DNA from: Eledone cirrhosa | Lineage: Eukaryota | NCBI GenBank assembly: GCA_964016885.1 | Contig: OZ024743.1 | Span: forward strand, 114,142,001 to 114,206,000 | Direction of reading: 5' to 3' | DNA: 64,000 nt | In this document: piece after piece, positions 45,309 to 60,334 of the stretch | Layout: every line of letters starts with the position of its first letter | Position numbering within the stretch: position 1 is the first letter of the stretch | Translations under genes and position numbers: made by a program | Notes under the pieces: model-generated | What the model was told of the DNA's origin: nothing | Seen by the model: only the letters and a program-made list of their open reading frames with translations | The model's database searches: none

Positions 45309-45455
45309 AGTTAACATTGTATTTAAAATTGACTGGCCCTGCTTTTAGTGTTCAGCAATTTTTAGACAACTCTATTACTGAAACAATTGTTAGACTGCAA
45401 ATAAATCCCCTTTATTTTGAACTGTTGACAATGTTATTCTCCACTTTTTCAATTT

Positions 45456-46245
<790 letters not shown>

Positions 46246-46246
<1 letters not shown>

Positions 46247-46853
46247 GGTGGCTGCCAACTCGTTTTCGAGTACGGCCACTACTTTATATCCATGTAGGAG
46301 AACCCCTACCGATGCGCTGAACGAGTGTGACTTTTTAGTCCAGCCAGCGACTTGAAAACTCTGGTACAAACACTACACTTGTGACAATTATTGACACATA
46401 GTGCTTTACCTTTGGTACCATGTGACGACAAGTGCAGAGAGATCTCCAGATACAAAGCAATGCCTGTGCCATGAAGCTTTTATAGTGAGCAAAGGCACTG
46501 CACAAAGCCAGTCCCACTCTCTTAACCAAGATGATATTTACCAAAAAGAAGAACAAGTCAACATCATTGGATACCATCAGGGTTGCAGGTGTTATATCAG
46601 AGTTTTCCTTCTCCTAGAATTCTGCCTTGACAAAGGCTAAGGGGTCATCTCTCCCAGTGATTTTGGATGGCCATTGACTCTTAAGAGCTCCTTTGCCCTT
46701 TGACAGGTTTTGTTTTTAGTCCTGCAGGATGTCCAAAGTCACCCTCCTCACCAAGAAACCTTGGTGGGGTTGCCAGTTTAGTCGCCAACGACCCGACCAT
46801 GAGACAGGTTGTACTGGGATACATGTTACCAATAGCACCAAGTGGTGACCTGA
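46246..46853 (-). mobile_element. ~610-bp non-coding retroposon-like repeat, possibly RTE-UTR derived; diverged relative at 47105-47272
   Basis: Second copy at 30121; flanked by (TA)n; CTAGGAGAAGGAAAACTCTGA resembles RTE 5' regions (from memory, not searched). Confidence 0.6.
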
Positions 46854-46904
46854 CATATATATATATATACATACATACATATATATACATATATATATAC
46901 ATAC

Positions 46905-47036
<132 letters not shown>

Positions 47037-47271
47037 GATCGCTGCCCTCTCGTTATCGAGTATGGCCATTGCACGATATACCATTATTAATAATAATTAA
47101 TTAATTCTATTGTGCCATGCCTGTGCGTGAAGATATTTTTTAAAGTGACGAAAGACTGTGCACTGAGCCAATCCCACTCTCTGAGCGACAGTAGCTAGAG
47201 CCGCCGGTTTTATATCGGAGTTATCCCAGTTTTCTGAGTTGCCTTCTCCTAGAAGAATGCCCTGAGAAAGG

Positions 47272-47316
<45 letters not shown>

Positions 47317-47481
47317 ACGAAGGAAATGTGGTAAGGAACCACATGGACCATAACACACCAAAGTACTCAATACCTAGGGTAGTAGGGTGGGTAATAGGAA
47401 CGAGTAGGAAATCAGTTTTTTTCATTTAGTCCAGAATTAGCCGTCGAAACGGCTTGAGCTCAGCCGTCGGGGTCCTACTCG

Positions 47482-47655
<174 letters not shown>

Positions 47656-47702
47656 CATATATATATACATACATATATACATATATACATATATATATAT
47701 AC

Positions 47703-47745
<43 letters not shown>

Positions 47746-48168
47746 CATATATATATACATACATATATACATACATATATATATATATATATATACATAC
47801 ATACACATATATACATACATATATATATACATACATATATATACATATATATATATACATACATATACATACATATACATACATATATATATATATACAT
47901 ATACATACATATACATATATATATATACATACATATACAAATATATATATATATACATACATATACATATATATATACATGTACATACATATATATATAT
48001 ATACATATATATACATATATATATATATACATACATATACATACATATATATATACATACATATACACACATATATATACATACATATACATACATATGC
48101 ACACATATATATATATACATACATATACATACATATACATATATATACATACATATACATACTTATAC

Positions 48169-49136
<968 letters not shown>

Positions 49137-49225
49137 TATATATATATACATACATATATACATACATATATATACATATATATACATATATATACATACA
49201 TATATATATATATACATTCACACAC

Positions 49226-49312
<87 letters not shown>

Positions 49313-49470
49313 CATATATATTAGTATTGGTGCTCTGAAATAGCGATGTATACATGAATGTATGTATAGTATATTTAGCAATATACTGTATGTTTAATTA
49401 AAACGATTTTGAAGACTATTCGCTATCAGTTTTAAATTTGTGACTATATCACTTACTTATTTTCGGTATT

Positions 49471-49592
<122 letters not shown>

Positions 49593-49639
49593 CATATGCA
49601 TATATACATACATACATATACATACATATGCATATATAC

Positions 49640-49673
<34 letters not shown>

Positions 49674-50136
49674 ACATACACACACGCACCCACACACACA
49701 TATATATATATGTACTATATACACATACATACATATATATATATGTACTATATACACATAATACATATATATATATATGTACTATATACACATACATACG
49801 TACATATATATATATGTACTATATACACATACATACGTATATATATATGTGTGTACTATATACACATACATATATATATTTACTATATACACATACATAC
49901 ATATATGTACTATATACACACATATATATATATATGTATGTACTATATACACATACATACATACATATATATATGTGTACTATATACACATACATACATA
50001 CATATATATACGTAGTATATACACATACATACATATATATATATGTACTATATACACATACATGCACACATAAACAGTATATATATATATATATATAAGC
50101 ACACTCACATACATATATATGTATACATATAACGTG

Positions 50137-50188
<52 letters not shown>

Positions 50189-50643
50189 GCATGTGTGTAT
50201 GTGGTATGTTCTGTTATATAACAATATCAAAAGAAACTTATTTAAATGAACACTGCTATCACAATGCTGTATCTACCAAGAACTATTTACACTTCAACAT
50301 TATTATACTTCAAATAAATTAAACAGAATATTTTACAACACTCTTTTGGAATGTAAAGGCTTAGAAAACTGAATACAAATACACATAACCAACCACACGC
50401 ATATATATATATAAAACATTTATGCTTTCATATATTTTTATATCTGTATATCTGTTTGACCCGAAATAGGAGATCGAATCTTCGCTGTGTGGATAATTAG
50501 TTTAACCACCATCTCAGTGTGTTTGGCCTTTAACGTAAGTTGTAAGCTCTAATTCTTTTGAATTATTGAGCGCTTGCCTCACAATTCGAAAATGTTTTTT
50601 CGTTATTTCATAGGCTGAAATTCGATTCTCGCTAATTTTTACT

Positions 50644-50696
<53 letters not shown>

Positions 50697-50839
50697 GAGT
50701 TAAACAAGATTCAATGAGTACATCAAAGAATGAATTTTACAGTAGATTGGAAGCACTCTACTAAAAAAAATAATTTTCCAGAATTATTAATATTAAAATA
50801 CAAATATTAATAAAATAGATGTTCTTTTGATCAATTAAA

Positions 50840-50890
50840 TTTTATTATACATATTTCAGACGTACAACAGTACGTCCTCATCAGACAAAA
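50840..50890 (-). ncRNA. Hammerhead ribozyme (type I)
   Basis: Minus strand: TTTTGT CTGATGA GGACGTAC tgtt GTACGTCT GAAA TATGTA TA ATAAAA. Confidence 0.85.
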
Positions 50891-51249
50891 TATAATGATA
50901 CATGACATACCCTGAGATGTTAAATGGTTAACATTTAATCAAGGTAGTGATTAACCTAAGAGAAAACTTAACATTTATACCCTAATAATGAGGATGTATG
51001 AGTAAGAAAAACGTTGCGTAATGCGACAGCTATAGAGATTTTAAAATGTGGGATACTACAAGTTATGGTTATCTAGGAAAACGTCTCTTGAATTATAACT
51101 GTTTATGAAGGCAACTGAAAGAAGATTTAAAGAGAGGGAGAGATAAAGGGGAGTAATATATGCAGAAAAAATTCTTTTCCCTTAAGGCTAAACGGTTAAG
51201 TTTCAAAATACGAAAATAAAGATGCTGAAAGAAAAAACAACAACAATCA

Positions 51250-51565
51250 TTTTGAATCTTTATTTAAATCAAGAAAGAATTCTCCATACAACAAACTTCT
51301 GGAGGATTTTGAAACAGAAATGCTCCGTATAATTAAAAAACTTAAATTTATGAAAAACCCATATATAGGTCACCAATACCTTAGAACTAAAAGAAAAAAT
51401 CACGGAAAAAAAAATGTTAACAAAGTATTGGTTAAATCGGACAAAAGTAATAATTTATATGGGATAAACAAAGATGAATATAACAACTTGATTTTCAAAG
51501 AACTTAGGAAAAATTATAAAAAAGTCCCGGCTGATGATCTTACTGAAATTAACGAAGATGCCTGA
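51250..51565 (+). pseudogene. PLE RT N-terminal fragment
   Basis: KVLVKSDKSNNLYGINKDEYNNLIFKELRKNYKK, homologous to 43774-44235. Confidence 0.75.
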
Positions 51566-51586
51566 CAAAGGAACACTGACAAAGGA

Positions 51587-51629
51587 ACGCTGTACTAGTT
51601 TCAAGCTTATTAGCTATCGTCAGCAATGT
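51587..51629 (-). ncRNA. Hammerhead ribozyme, left arm
   Basis: Minus strand: ACATTG CTGACGA T AGCT aata AGCT T GAAA CTAG TA CAGCGT. Confidence 0.8.
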
Positions 51630-51848
51630 ATACCTTCTTGCCAGATTGTTGAACGTATATACTTACCTTATGCATATTAACGGCTGAGTAGCCCAATTTG
51701 CATATCGAGTGGTTTAATCGGCCGGGTGCACCGAAAACGATAAACGGTGCACCCGGCCGATTAAACCACTCGATATGCAAATATGGCTACTCAGCCGTTA
51801 ATATGCATAAGGTAAGTATATACGTTCAACAATCTGGCAGGAAGGTAT

Positions 51849-51891
51849 ACGTTGCTGACGATAGCTAATAAGCTTGAAACTAGTACAGCGT
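51849..51891 (+). ncRNA. Hammerhead ribozyme, right arm
   Basis: ACGTTG CTGACGA T AGCT aata AGCT T GAAA CTAG TA CAGCGT; 6-bp stem I, palindrome ACTAGT. Confidence 0.88.
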
Positions 51892-52509
51892 TCCTTTGTA
51901 AGTGTCGAACAAACGAGCAACGATGGTTGCTAGACACTACGGCTTAATACGGGATGTTTGTTTACAAACACACCGGGCATTATAATAAATGTTCGGCGAA
52001 TCCATACGTACATATATATATGTGTGCATGTATGTATATATATATACATACTACTGTACGTCTGTATAAATATATGTATGTACGTGCACATACTTATATT
52101 TAAGTAACAACCGTACTAAGAGTGGGAAATGAAATTTCGTTTAATTTTATCCGTTTATATATATATATATATTTATATGCATGTGTGTGTGTGTGTGCGT
52201 GTTTGTGTATTTGTGTGTATGTGTATGTATGGATATGTTGATATATATGTGTGTATGTATGTATGTGTGTATGTATGTGTATGTATATATATATATACAT
52301 ATATATATATGTGTGTGTATGTGTGTGTGTATATATATGTGTATGTATACATGTGTGTGTATGTAATTGTGTGTGTATGTAATTGTGTGTGTGTGTGTGT
52401 GTGTGCATGTGTGTTTATTTTTCCTTTCCTTCTTCCTTTTCCAGCCTCACTTTCATATAGATTATATTTTTGTTTTTAAAATCCAATGTCAATAAATACA
52501 CCAGGATTT

Positions 52510-52571
52510 TTTCATTCTGATGATTTAAATAAAAAATTTGTTTGCTTTTAAGAAACCACTGGTAAATGAAA
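52510..52571 (+). ncRNA. Hammerhead ribozyme (type I)
   Basis: TTTCATT CTGATGA TTTAAA...TTTTAA GAAA CCACTGG TA AATGAAA; 7-bp stem I. Confidence 0.75.
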
Positions 52572-52602
52572 TAATTACCTTATGTTGTTTATTACATAAC
52601 TA

Positions 52603-52671
<69 letters not shown>

Positions 52672-52674
<3 letters not shown>

Positions 52675-54220
52675 TTAGTTAAGCAAAACAAGATCACAAA
52701 TTTCACAAGGAAGACATTATTAAAAGATTGTCAACATAGTTTTAGTTTGATGTAAGGAATGTAGAGAATAATAATAATAATATTAATAATAATAATGTCC
52801 GTTTACAAATGTTTCGCTACTCCATATAATGTTTCTGGATCAAATGATTATAGATCATTATTGATCTAGTTCAGTTGAAAATAATTAACTTAGGTACAAT
52901 TAGAGCAACTCATCGGAACTTCAAATGGAATATAAATTAAAATACGGAAAGAATGTTACATGAATGTAATGTTCCATATATTGGTATTTCACTATATTGT
53001 CCTGGGTATATCTATTTTCTGCCATAGTTGAGCAGAATTCTTCTGTCGAGGCTGCATTGTGTGAGATCTGCCTATGTGTAACAAGATGGCCGCCAATGGA
53101 CATATTTACCTTACTAATTAGAGGGTGGTTTCAGGGGAAGTAACTCCTCGAGAGATTAGAAATTGTGGGTAGTTTATAGTTAAGAAGTGCTAATTTTTTA
53201 ATTTTTTAATTGAGAGACAATGTAAGGGAGGTAACTTATAATTATTTAAGTTAGCTATAACTATTTAACTTATTAGCTACAAGTAAAAATGGGGCTAGAT
53301 TACTATGTTGGCTCAAATATTCTGTTGGCGAAGGAATTAGCCCTTCGATGTTGACAGCTAATAGTTACCTCCGTTCTATCGTTAATCGGTAGAGGTCGTG
53401 ATAGAGTTATGTAATATGCTTCGGTAAGACAGAGGTCACAAGAGTTTCTTCGTCCATTGAACGGTTCGGCCCTAGCCAAGATATCTCATGTTAGTGAGTG
53501 TTCAATGTTGGTTAATTTAAGGTTTTTAATGAGCCTAGCTAGAGATGTCGAACATCTGTTGTTAGGGTCTCGGAAGGAAAAAGAGTGCGCGTTATAGCGT
53601 ACCTTAAAAGGGTTAGAGGTAGAGCCGATATAGGAGCTGGTATGCGAAGCAGTTTTAACTGTGCACCTATAAACTATATTGGGTGTCAGGCAATGTCCAT
53701 TTAGTGGGCATGCATTAGGGTAACGGCAGTTGCAGTTACTTCTGCGGTTAGTGAGAGTAGGGTTGTTTAACCTATGCGGTTGGTCCGTGCTAGAAGGATT
53801 AGATGGGGGAGGTATGCTACTAGAGTAAGTATTGGTGTAGTGGCGTAGTGTATTTGAGGGGGTGGGGGTGGTACCGCAGTGTGGGAGTTATACTGTCTTA
53901 GTTTATGATGGTTACTGAATGCGATGTGGCTAGCTAGGTTAGGTGTTGTGTAGAATGAGATTTTAATGTTGTTTTTATTAAAGAGTTGGTAATATCTATG
54001 GTTGGGGGGGGGGGGTTAGATAGGATAGAGAAGAAGCGTTTAGGGATATTAGTGGCTAAATTAGATGAGAATGGGGGTTAAGCCAGGTGATATTTCTAGG
54101 CCTATTCCTTCTAGGGGTTCTAGTGGAGTTGGTAAGGGCCTTTACGTTTTGGCTTCTAACTAATTCACCAATCTCCCTTCTCATCTCCTATCTCCTCTCC
54201 TATCGCCATCTCTCTCTTTA
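52672..54220 (-). mobile_element. PLE 3' part: thumb/linker and GIY-YIG (53303 to ~54100, missed by the ORF track), 3' UTR with a degenerate hammerhead at ~52801-52919
   Basis: Manual translation CNCRYPNACPLNGHCLTPNIVYRCTV..YIGSTSNPFKVRYNAH..LT*DILARA..CDLCLTE..SCQHRR; CCGATGA GTTGCTC..GAGTAGC GAAA CATTTG TA. Confidence 0.88.
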
Positions 54221-54238
54221 AGATTGGTTACTCTTGAA

Positions 54239-54283
<45 letters not shown>

Positions 54284-54309
54284 ATAAAATTTGCTCCTAA
54301 CGAACTACC

Positions 54310-54400
54310 CGTGTCTGAAGGAACCTGCAGCCGTAGAATCACTCAGATCCATACAGGGACCATGTCTCGAGCTACCTGCCGGCGAAACAATTGTAACACG
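54310..54400 (+). ncRNA. Hammerhead motif; partial inverted copy at ~59260-59329
   Basis: CGTGT CTGAAGGA ... GAAA CAATTG TA ACACG; one extra G in the core. Confidence 0.65.
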
Positions 54401-54467
54401 CAATAAATTGAGTCCAGATGCATCACTGATTTTTCGTTTTTTTATACTATATATATATATATATATT

Positions 54468-54683
54468 AGCAAACAGGGGACTTAAAGCTGACAGAGCTCT
54501 GTTTTAGTACTGATTGGTACTTATCAAAGCCAAGTACTCCACCTGTTTGCTGAAAATCATGAATGTTTGATTCTTATAGAATTCTAGTAATAATCAGGAA
54601 CTGATTATACAGAGCGGTTGCCGGTCAGGCAGAAATTGAAAATTAGAAACAGAGCTCTGCCAGCTTTATCTCCCTTGTTTGCT
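54468..54683. repeat. ~38-bp terminal inverted repeats (MITE or inverted pLTR piece)
   Basis: AGCAAACAGGGGA..AAAGCTGACAGAGCTCTGTTT / AAACAGAGCTCTGCCAGCTTT..TCCCTTGTTTGCT. Confidence 0.65.
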
Positions 54684-54782
54684 GAAAATTTAAAGTAAGT
54701 GAGACTGTCACTACTCTAAAACAATAGCATAAGGTCTTCGAAATGCTTTTAATTAAGCATACAGTGTATTGCAAAATACACA

Positions 54783-54852
<70 letters not shown>

Positions 54853-54896
54853 AAGTTAAATAAAAGTCAAATGATTAAAATTTAGCTTCGTTTATT

Positions 54897-54951
54897 ACTG
54901 CTATATATATTTCAGTGACAGCCATCTTTGGCTGTGACCTCTTCAGGCAGT
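54897..54951 (-). ncRNA. Hammerhead ribozyme (type I)
   Basis: Minus strand: ACTGC CTGAAGA GGTC ACAGCCA aaga TGGCTGT CACT GAAA TATATA TA GCAGT. Confidence 0.85.
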
Positions 54952-55066
54952 TTGAATTAGTATGGTATAGACAAGTACATATGTTGTTTAGGTGTATGAT
55001 ATTGTCAATACTCTGATATGCCCAGTTCCTTGTTGGGTTGTTAATTCACTGGGGAACTGGAGTCAG

Positions 55067-55872
55067 TTCATTTCTCACTCTTAGTACGGCTGATACTTAA
55101 ATGTATGTATGTATACGTACATACATATATGTATACAGACGTACAGTAGTATGTATATATACACATACATGCATACATATATATATATGTACGTATGGGT
55201 TTACCGAATATTTATTATAATGTTCGGTTTGTTTGTAAATAAACAAACATCCCGTATTACGCCGTACAGTGTTCAGGTAACCATCGTCACCTTCTTGTTC
55301 AACACTGACACAGGAACGATGTACTAGTTTCAATCTTATTAGATATCGTCAGTATCGTATACCTTCCTACCAGATGATTGAACGTCTGAAAGTATATACT
55401 TTCCTTATGCATATTAACGGTTGAGCAGCCTAATTTGCATATCGAGTGAGTTAATCGGCCGGGCGCACCGAAAACGATAAATGGAAAAAATGAAACGAAA
55501 TTTCATTTCTCACTCTTAGTACGGCTGATACTTAAATGTAAGTATGTATATATACATACATACATATATGTATACAGACGTACAGTAGTATGTATATATA
55601 TACATACATGTACACATATATATATGTACGTATGGGTTTACCGAACATCCTGTGTCAGTGTTGAACAAAAAGGCGACGATGGTTGCCTGAACACTGTACG
55701 GCGTAATTCGGGCTGTTTGTTTGTTTACAAACAAACCGAACATTATAATAAATATTCGGTAAACTCATACGTATATATATATATATATGTGCATGTATGT
55801 ATATATATATATACATACTACTGTACATCTGTATACATATATGTACGTACGTATACATACATACTTACATTT
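55067..55872 (-). mobile_element. ORF-less hammerhead unit: 435-bp partial tandem plus inverted piece; same family as 51573-52157
   Basis: 55067 is repeated at 55502; 55647-55872 is the reverse complement of ~55097-55315. Confidence 0.85.
55316..55358 (-). ncRNA. Hammerhead ribozyme
   Basis: Minus strand: ACGATA CTGACGA T ATCT aata AGAT T GAAA CTAG TA CATCGT. Confidence 0.85.
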
Positions 55873-55999
55873 ATATATATATATACATATACACATATAT
55901 ACGATCGTAAAGCAGTGAAGTATATCTCTAAAGACTTGAATTTTTATTTCATTGTTTTAACTTATATATATATATATATAGATATATACATATATATAT

Positions 56000-57650
56000 T
56001 TTAAAGTTGAGACAGTAAACAGAAAACAAAAAAAAACAACGTGGAAGCGAAGAGGCAGTATAAATGTTAACATTAGTTTCACGCTTGAGAGTGGGGCGTG
56101 GAGGACGACGTTTCGGGCATAAGCCCTTCATCAGGAGAAAAGTGGGCAGGAAGAGAGTTCCGAGGGTATTAGGGGGAGTGGTGGAAAGACATTAAAAAAA
56201 GGGGGGAGGGGAGAAAAGGGAGGAAAACATTTTTTTAGAGAGTAAAAAAATAAAAAATAAATAGAGAAACAAGTGGTGAAATGGTGTGAGGCGGGTAGTG
56301 GTGGTGGTGGGTGGAGGGGGTGGAGAGGGGAGAGGGAGAGGGGGAGGGGGTCCCAGTTTGGGGCTGAATTTGGTGTGTGTGTATGTGTGTAGGTGTACGT
56401 GTGTGTGTCTGTGGATGTGAATGTGAGAGTTGGGAGATTAACGAGGTTCCATGTTCGGGTAATAGGGAAACCGGTGTGTAGATGGGTGGGGTGTAAGTCG
56501 GTGTGTGTGTGCGTGTGGATGGAGAGGCTCAGAGGGGTTGGGGGAGAGGGGGCCTGTGGAGTCCGGAGGCTGAGTGTGTATGTGAGGATACGCATGTGTG
56601 TGTGTGTTTATATGTATGGTCGCGTGGTGCGAAAATAGTGTAAGTGTTTGTGTGTATGTGTGTTCCTGGGGTTTTCCACGGACTATGAAAGAGGATGTTG
56701 GAGATTCTGAGCGTGGCAGGGTCGATAGCTGGAGCGATGGACCGGTGGTGTAAAATCCTGGTATGGTAGTGTGGAAGTGGAGAGTTGTGGGGTGCGCGCG
56801 CAACAGGAAGTGGTCAGAGGGTCAAGGCAGGGCGAAGGAGATAGCAGTAGGGAGGTGACAGCAGGCTAAGTAATGAGGAGGCTAACAGGTATAGAGATGG
56901 TCTGTATGTGGTGTGGAATGTGTGTATGTGTGTGCGGAAGTGCGGTGGACAAGGGAGGGGATGGGTAGGTGTGAAAGGTGGAGGGAGAGGGTATCGGTGT
57001 GTGTGTGTGTGTGTATGTGTATATTAGTGGAGGTGTTAGTGGGATGTGTGGGGGGTAGATCGGGGGAAGAGAGAGGGAGAGAGAAGGTGTTGGGAGTAAT
57101 GTACTGGTATGTGTGTGCGTCTTTGGATATGAGTGTGTGTGTATGTGTGGTAGAGTGGGTGTTAGTATTATTGGTGGTTGGGGAAGGGTTGAATGCGGGT
57201 GTGTGAGTGGGTTTAGTGGTGGTAGTAGGGTGTGTGAATAGTGTGAGTGCGTAAATATATGTACAGTGAAACTGGGGAGTGTGTTAGTGGTGTTAGTAGG
57301 CGATGTGTGGGGGAACAGGGAGACGGACGAATGCTAAAGGAAGAGGGGTGCGGAGTTCAGGCCGGGGGTGTGTGGGTCAGTAGAATGAAGATGGTGTGTT
57401 GCTTGAACGTGAGGCGGGTGGCAGGGGTCCCATGGCATTGGATCAGGCCGCAGACTGTGAGGTGGTGGGCGGGATGTCCAGGGGAACCAAAGTGGCGGGC
57501 GATGGGGGAACTCCCACCGAGACGAATATCTCGGAGGTGCTCCGTGAACCGATCAACCAGGCGACGTTCAGTCTGTCCGACGTAGGTTGTCCATAGACGA
57601 GGTTGCAGGAGGTGCAGCGGAAGGCATGCCGGACAGGGAGAGAGTGGCAA
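56000..57650 (-). mobile_element. PLE of a second lineage (Neptune/Poseidon-like GIY-YIG at 57357-57650) with long pyrimidine-rich 3' UTR
   Basis: YVGQTERRLVDRFTEHLRDI..PIARHF..GH..LTVCGL..R..IF.L.T..P. Confidence 0.85.
56104..56136 (-). ncRNA. Minimal hammerhead motif
   Basis: Minus strand: CTGATGA A GGGC ttat GCCC GAAA CG TC; stem I is poor. Confidence 0.7.
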
Positions 57651-57709
57651 GCAAGTATTGTACCAAGAAAAATATAAACTTCGGCGAGAAAGGAAATTAG
57701 GAATTTATT

Positions 57710-57822
57710 AGCTTTAACATATGTTTCTGTGTCTATTTTAATTGTCTACATATGAAGACTACAATATATATTGCTCAATCATATGCAATACTTAATTATT
57801 TATCACACTTCTCCAGAAAGCT
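57710..57822 (-). ncRNA. Hammerhead motif with extended stem II and one core substitution
   Basis: Minus strand: AGCTTT CTGGAGA AGTG...CACA GAAA CATATG TT AAAGCT. Confidence 0.65.
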
Positions 57823-58090
57823 TATAATTGCGGTAGAATTAAGGAATGCGATGTTCAAATATAAAAATGGTATTTACGTTTAAGCAATTATAAAACAAGA
57901 ATAAATCAAAATGACATTACATGTGATGTGGAACAATTATCCTTTGACCATTGGTATGGGTGAAGGTTTGCCAAGAGGGTAGAGAGGTTATAAAGAGAAG
58001 GACAGAAAAGGAGAGGGTGGCAGTTAAGAATAGGATAGAGTGGAGGAGGAGAAGGAATTAAGAAATTGAGAATATTATTACTGAATTCTT

Positions 58091-58208
58091 CTGAGTTCAA
58101 ATCCCGCCGAGGTTAACTTTGCCTTTTATCTTTACGGGGTCGATAAAATAAAGTACCGGTAATACACTGGGTATTTGCTGACTTTGTGCCAAAAGTAGAA
58201 ACAATTAT
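58091..58208 (+). mobile_element. 5'-truncated SINE with 17-bp target duplication
   Basis: ATTATTACTGAATTCTT on both sides. Confidence 0.9.
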
Positions 58209-58580
58209 TACTGAATTCTTCGGGTGCGGTGTGAAAATTTCAAATGCCACAGAAAATGTACTAAATAGAATGTAGTAAAATATAGGTATTAGGGATCGAA
58301 TCTTGTTCTAGTCCAATTTGTATTTAGCGAAGGTTTTTAGAACATTGTGTTTGTAATTAAATACTCTATCATGTCGGGAATTTAGAAGGTCCTTTCCGGT
58401 CGCTATTTCAATCACCTCTGCCAGACATAATTCACAGGGGAATCGTTCATTCAGATATGGACGGGCGAATTTCAGCACCGACCATTGTAGTGTGTATCCA
58501 ATACTGGCGCGCTTCACACACACACACACACCCACACACACACACGCACACACGCACACACACACACACACACACACACG

Positions 58581-58643
<63 letters not shown>

Positions 58644-60334
58644 GATTGCTACATCTTGTCAGATGGTAGCTGTCACTACATCGTCTCAATTATTCCTGTA
58701 AGTCTACATCCTCGTACGTGTTTGGAGGTGACTTTTCAATCCAGTAACAAAATGCAAAACTAACACCTCACCTCCAAGGCACTGACAGCACTCTAATATA
58801 GGACACATCAGTACGGATGACTAGAGAACCGCGACTGTTGCACCTATACTACACCTGACAAGGGGACGAAAATACGAAAGTGGTGGTATGTCATTAGCGT
58901 AAATTCGCGTGATACCCTGTATCTACAGCAATATGTCCAATGTTTATATGGTGCCAATAATCCAGAGTCGTGTCCTGCACTTCAAGATAGATACAAACAA
59001 CTGAGAAGGTTGCAAAAGAGACATCTGTGCATCACGGATTATAGTGATAAACGGTTGCACAACATGTGTGCCACTCTCAAAGTCTCAGTCATTATTATCT
59101 CATGACAAGCCCTAGCTACGTAAACTGCAGGTTTCACTTTACAGTTTTCTTAGAAGAGTTGGGCTTCGGTTGTTAAAGGCTATAACATATGTATATATAA
59201 TATATATACACTCAAATACACATACACACACACACATGCATATATATATATATATATTGTATAAAGAAAACGAAAAATCAGTGATGCATCTGGACTTAAT
59301 TTATTGCGTGTTACAATTGTTTCGCCGGCATATATATATATATGCATGTATATATATATATTTATGTTATTAGGGTTTTATATGGAAGCATATACTATAT
59401 GTTTTTATATACAATAAACATATAAGAAAAACTATTTTCTTGTGATGAAAAAAAAATTGTTTCGGCTGCTGAATACAATCAGGGGTCGCTGCTTCTCCTG
59501 AAGGTCAATAGTTCTCTACTAACTTGCCATTGTCAATTCGCATTAATCATCTGCAAAGCCACCTTGTTCTTTTTTCAGGCAAATTTGAAGCATTGTGATC
59601 AATTTGAAATTTTGAGCAGACTTAGAAGTCACAATAATCTTTTTATTAAAAACTGAGTTTTATTTTCACCCCCGCCCGAAGTTTCGATGTAACAGCCCCT
59701 AATTCAAAGTGAAACAAAAAAAAAAAGAAATCTGGAAAATGGACTGTGGAATGACTGAATTCTATAAAAGAATTATTGAGATCGCAGCAGCAGCAGCAGT
59801 AGCAGTAGTAGTAGTAGTAGTAGATTTTAGAAATCAACAACATCATTTGTGATTTCGCGCCATTCTAATCGAGGTTGGCACGAAATCAATATATCTGTTG
59901 ACTAACTACTTTGTGCATTTTTCTTAATTCTATTTTCCTTGAAAAATGTATGTTAAACCGAAATTAAAAAAAGAAGAAAATTACACTTTTACTAAAAGAG
60001 TTGTTGTGCGTCCCAAATCCGTTCAATGTTTTGTGCATGTGTGTGTGCATATATATGTGTATGTATATGTGTGTCTGTATGTGTCAATGTGTTTATGCAA
60101 GCGTGTATGTGCTATGTATTTGATGAATGTAGAATGATTCTGCATGAAACAATTCAAACGCTACCACCTTCAAATGAAAATAAAAGAATATTTATCTGAA
60201 AAAAGGATAGGATGCTCATGGTTGGAACATTTTGGATCACAGTCCTGCTCGGTCAGGTATGAGACAACTGGGACAACTAAATGGGACAACTGGGACAACT
60301 AAATGATATAATTTTCTTTTGTTATTACCCTAAG

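Larger units (their letters stand above)
51573..51905. repeat. Near-perfect inverted repeat, ~161-bp arms, 11-nt loop
   Basis: 51573-51733 pairs with 51745-51905 with few mismatches. Confidence 0.97.
57660..58515 (-). mobile_element. PLE 3' fragment (endonuclease C-terminus 58308-58515) with a nested SINE
   Basis: [30 protein letters not shown]. Confidence 0.75.

Noticed and set aside
49334-49430. Hammerhead at CTGAAATAGCGA...TCGCTATCAG
   Set aside because: Short inverted repeat only; no correctly placed GAAA or NUH site
53487-53489. In-frame TGA in the PLE endonuclease as selenocysteine, as reported for some Naiad elements
   Set aside because: It aligns with a conserved Trp (W in the 40899 and 58308 fragments), so TGG to TGA decay is the simpler reading
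58900-59090. CR1/L2-type RT remnant (..KQLRRLQKRHL..)
   Set aside because: Similarity is too weak to support without a search
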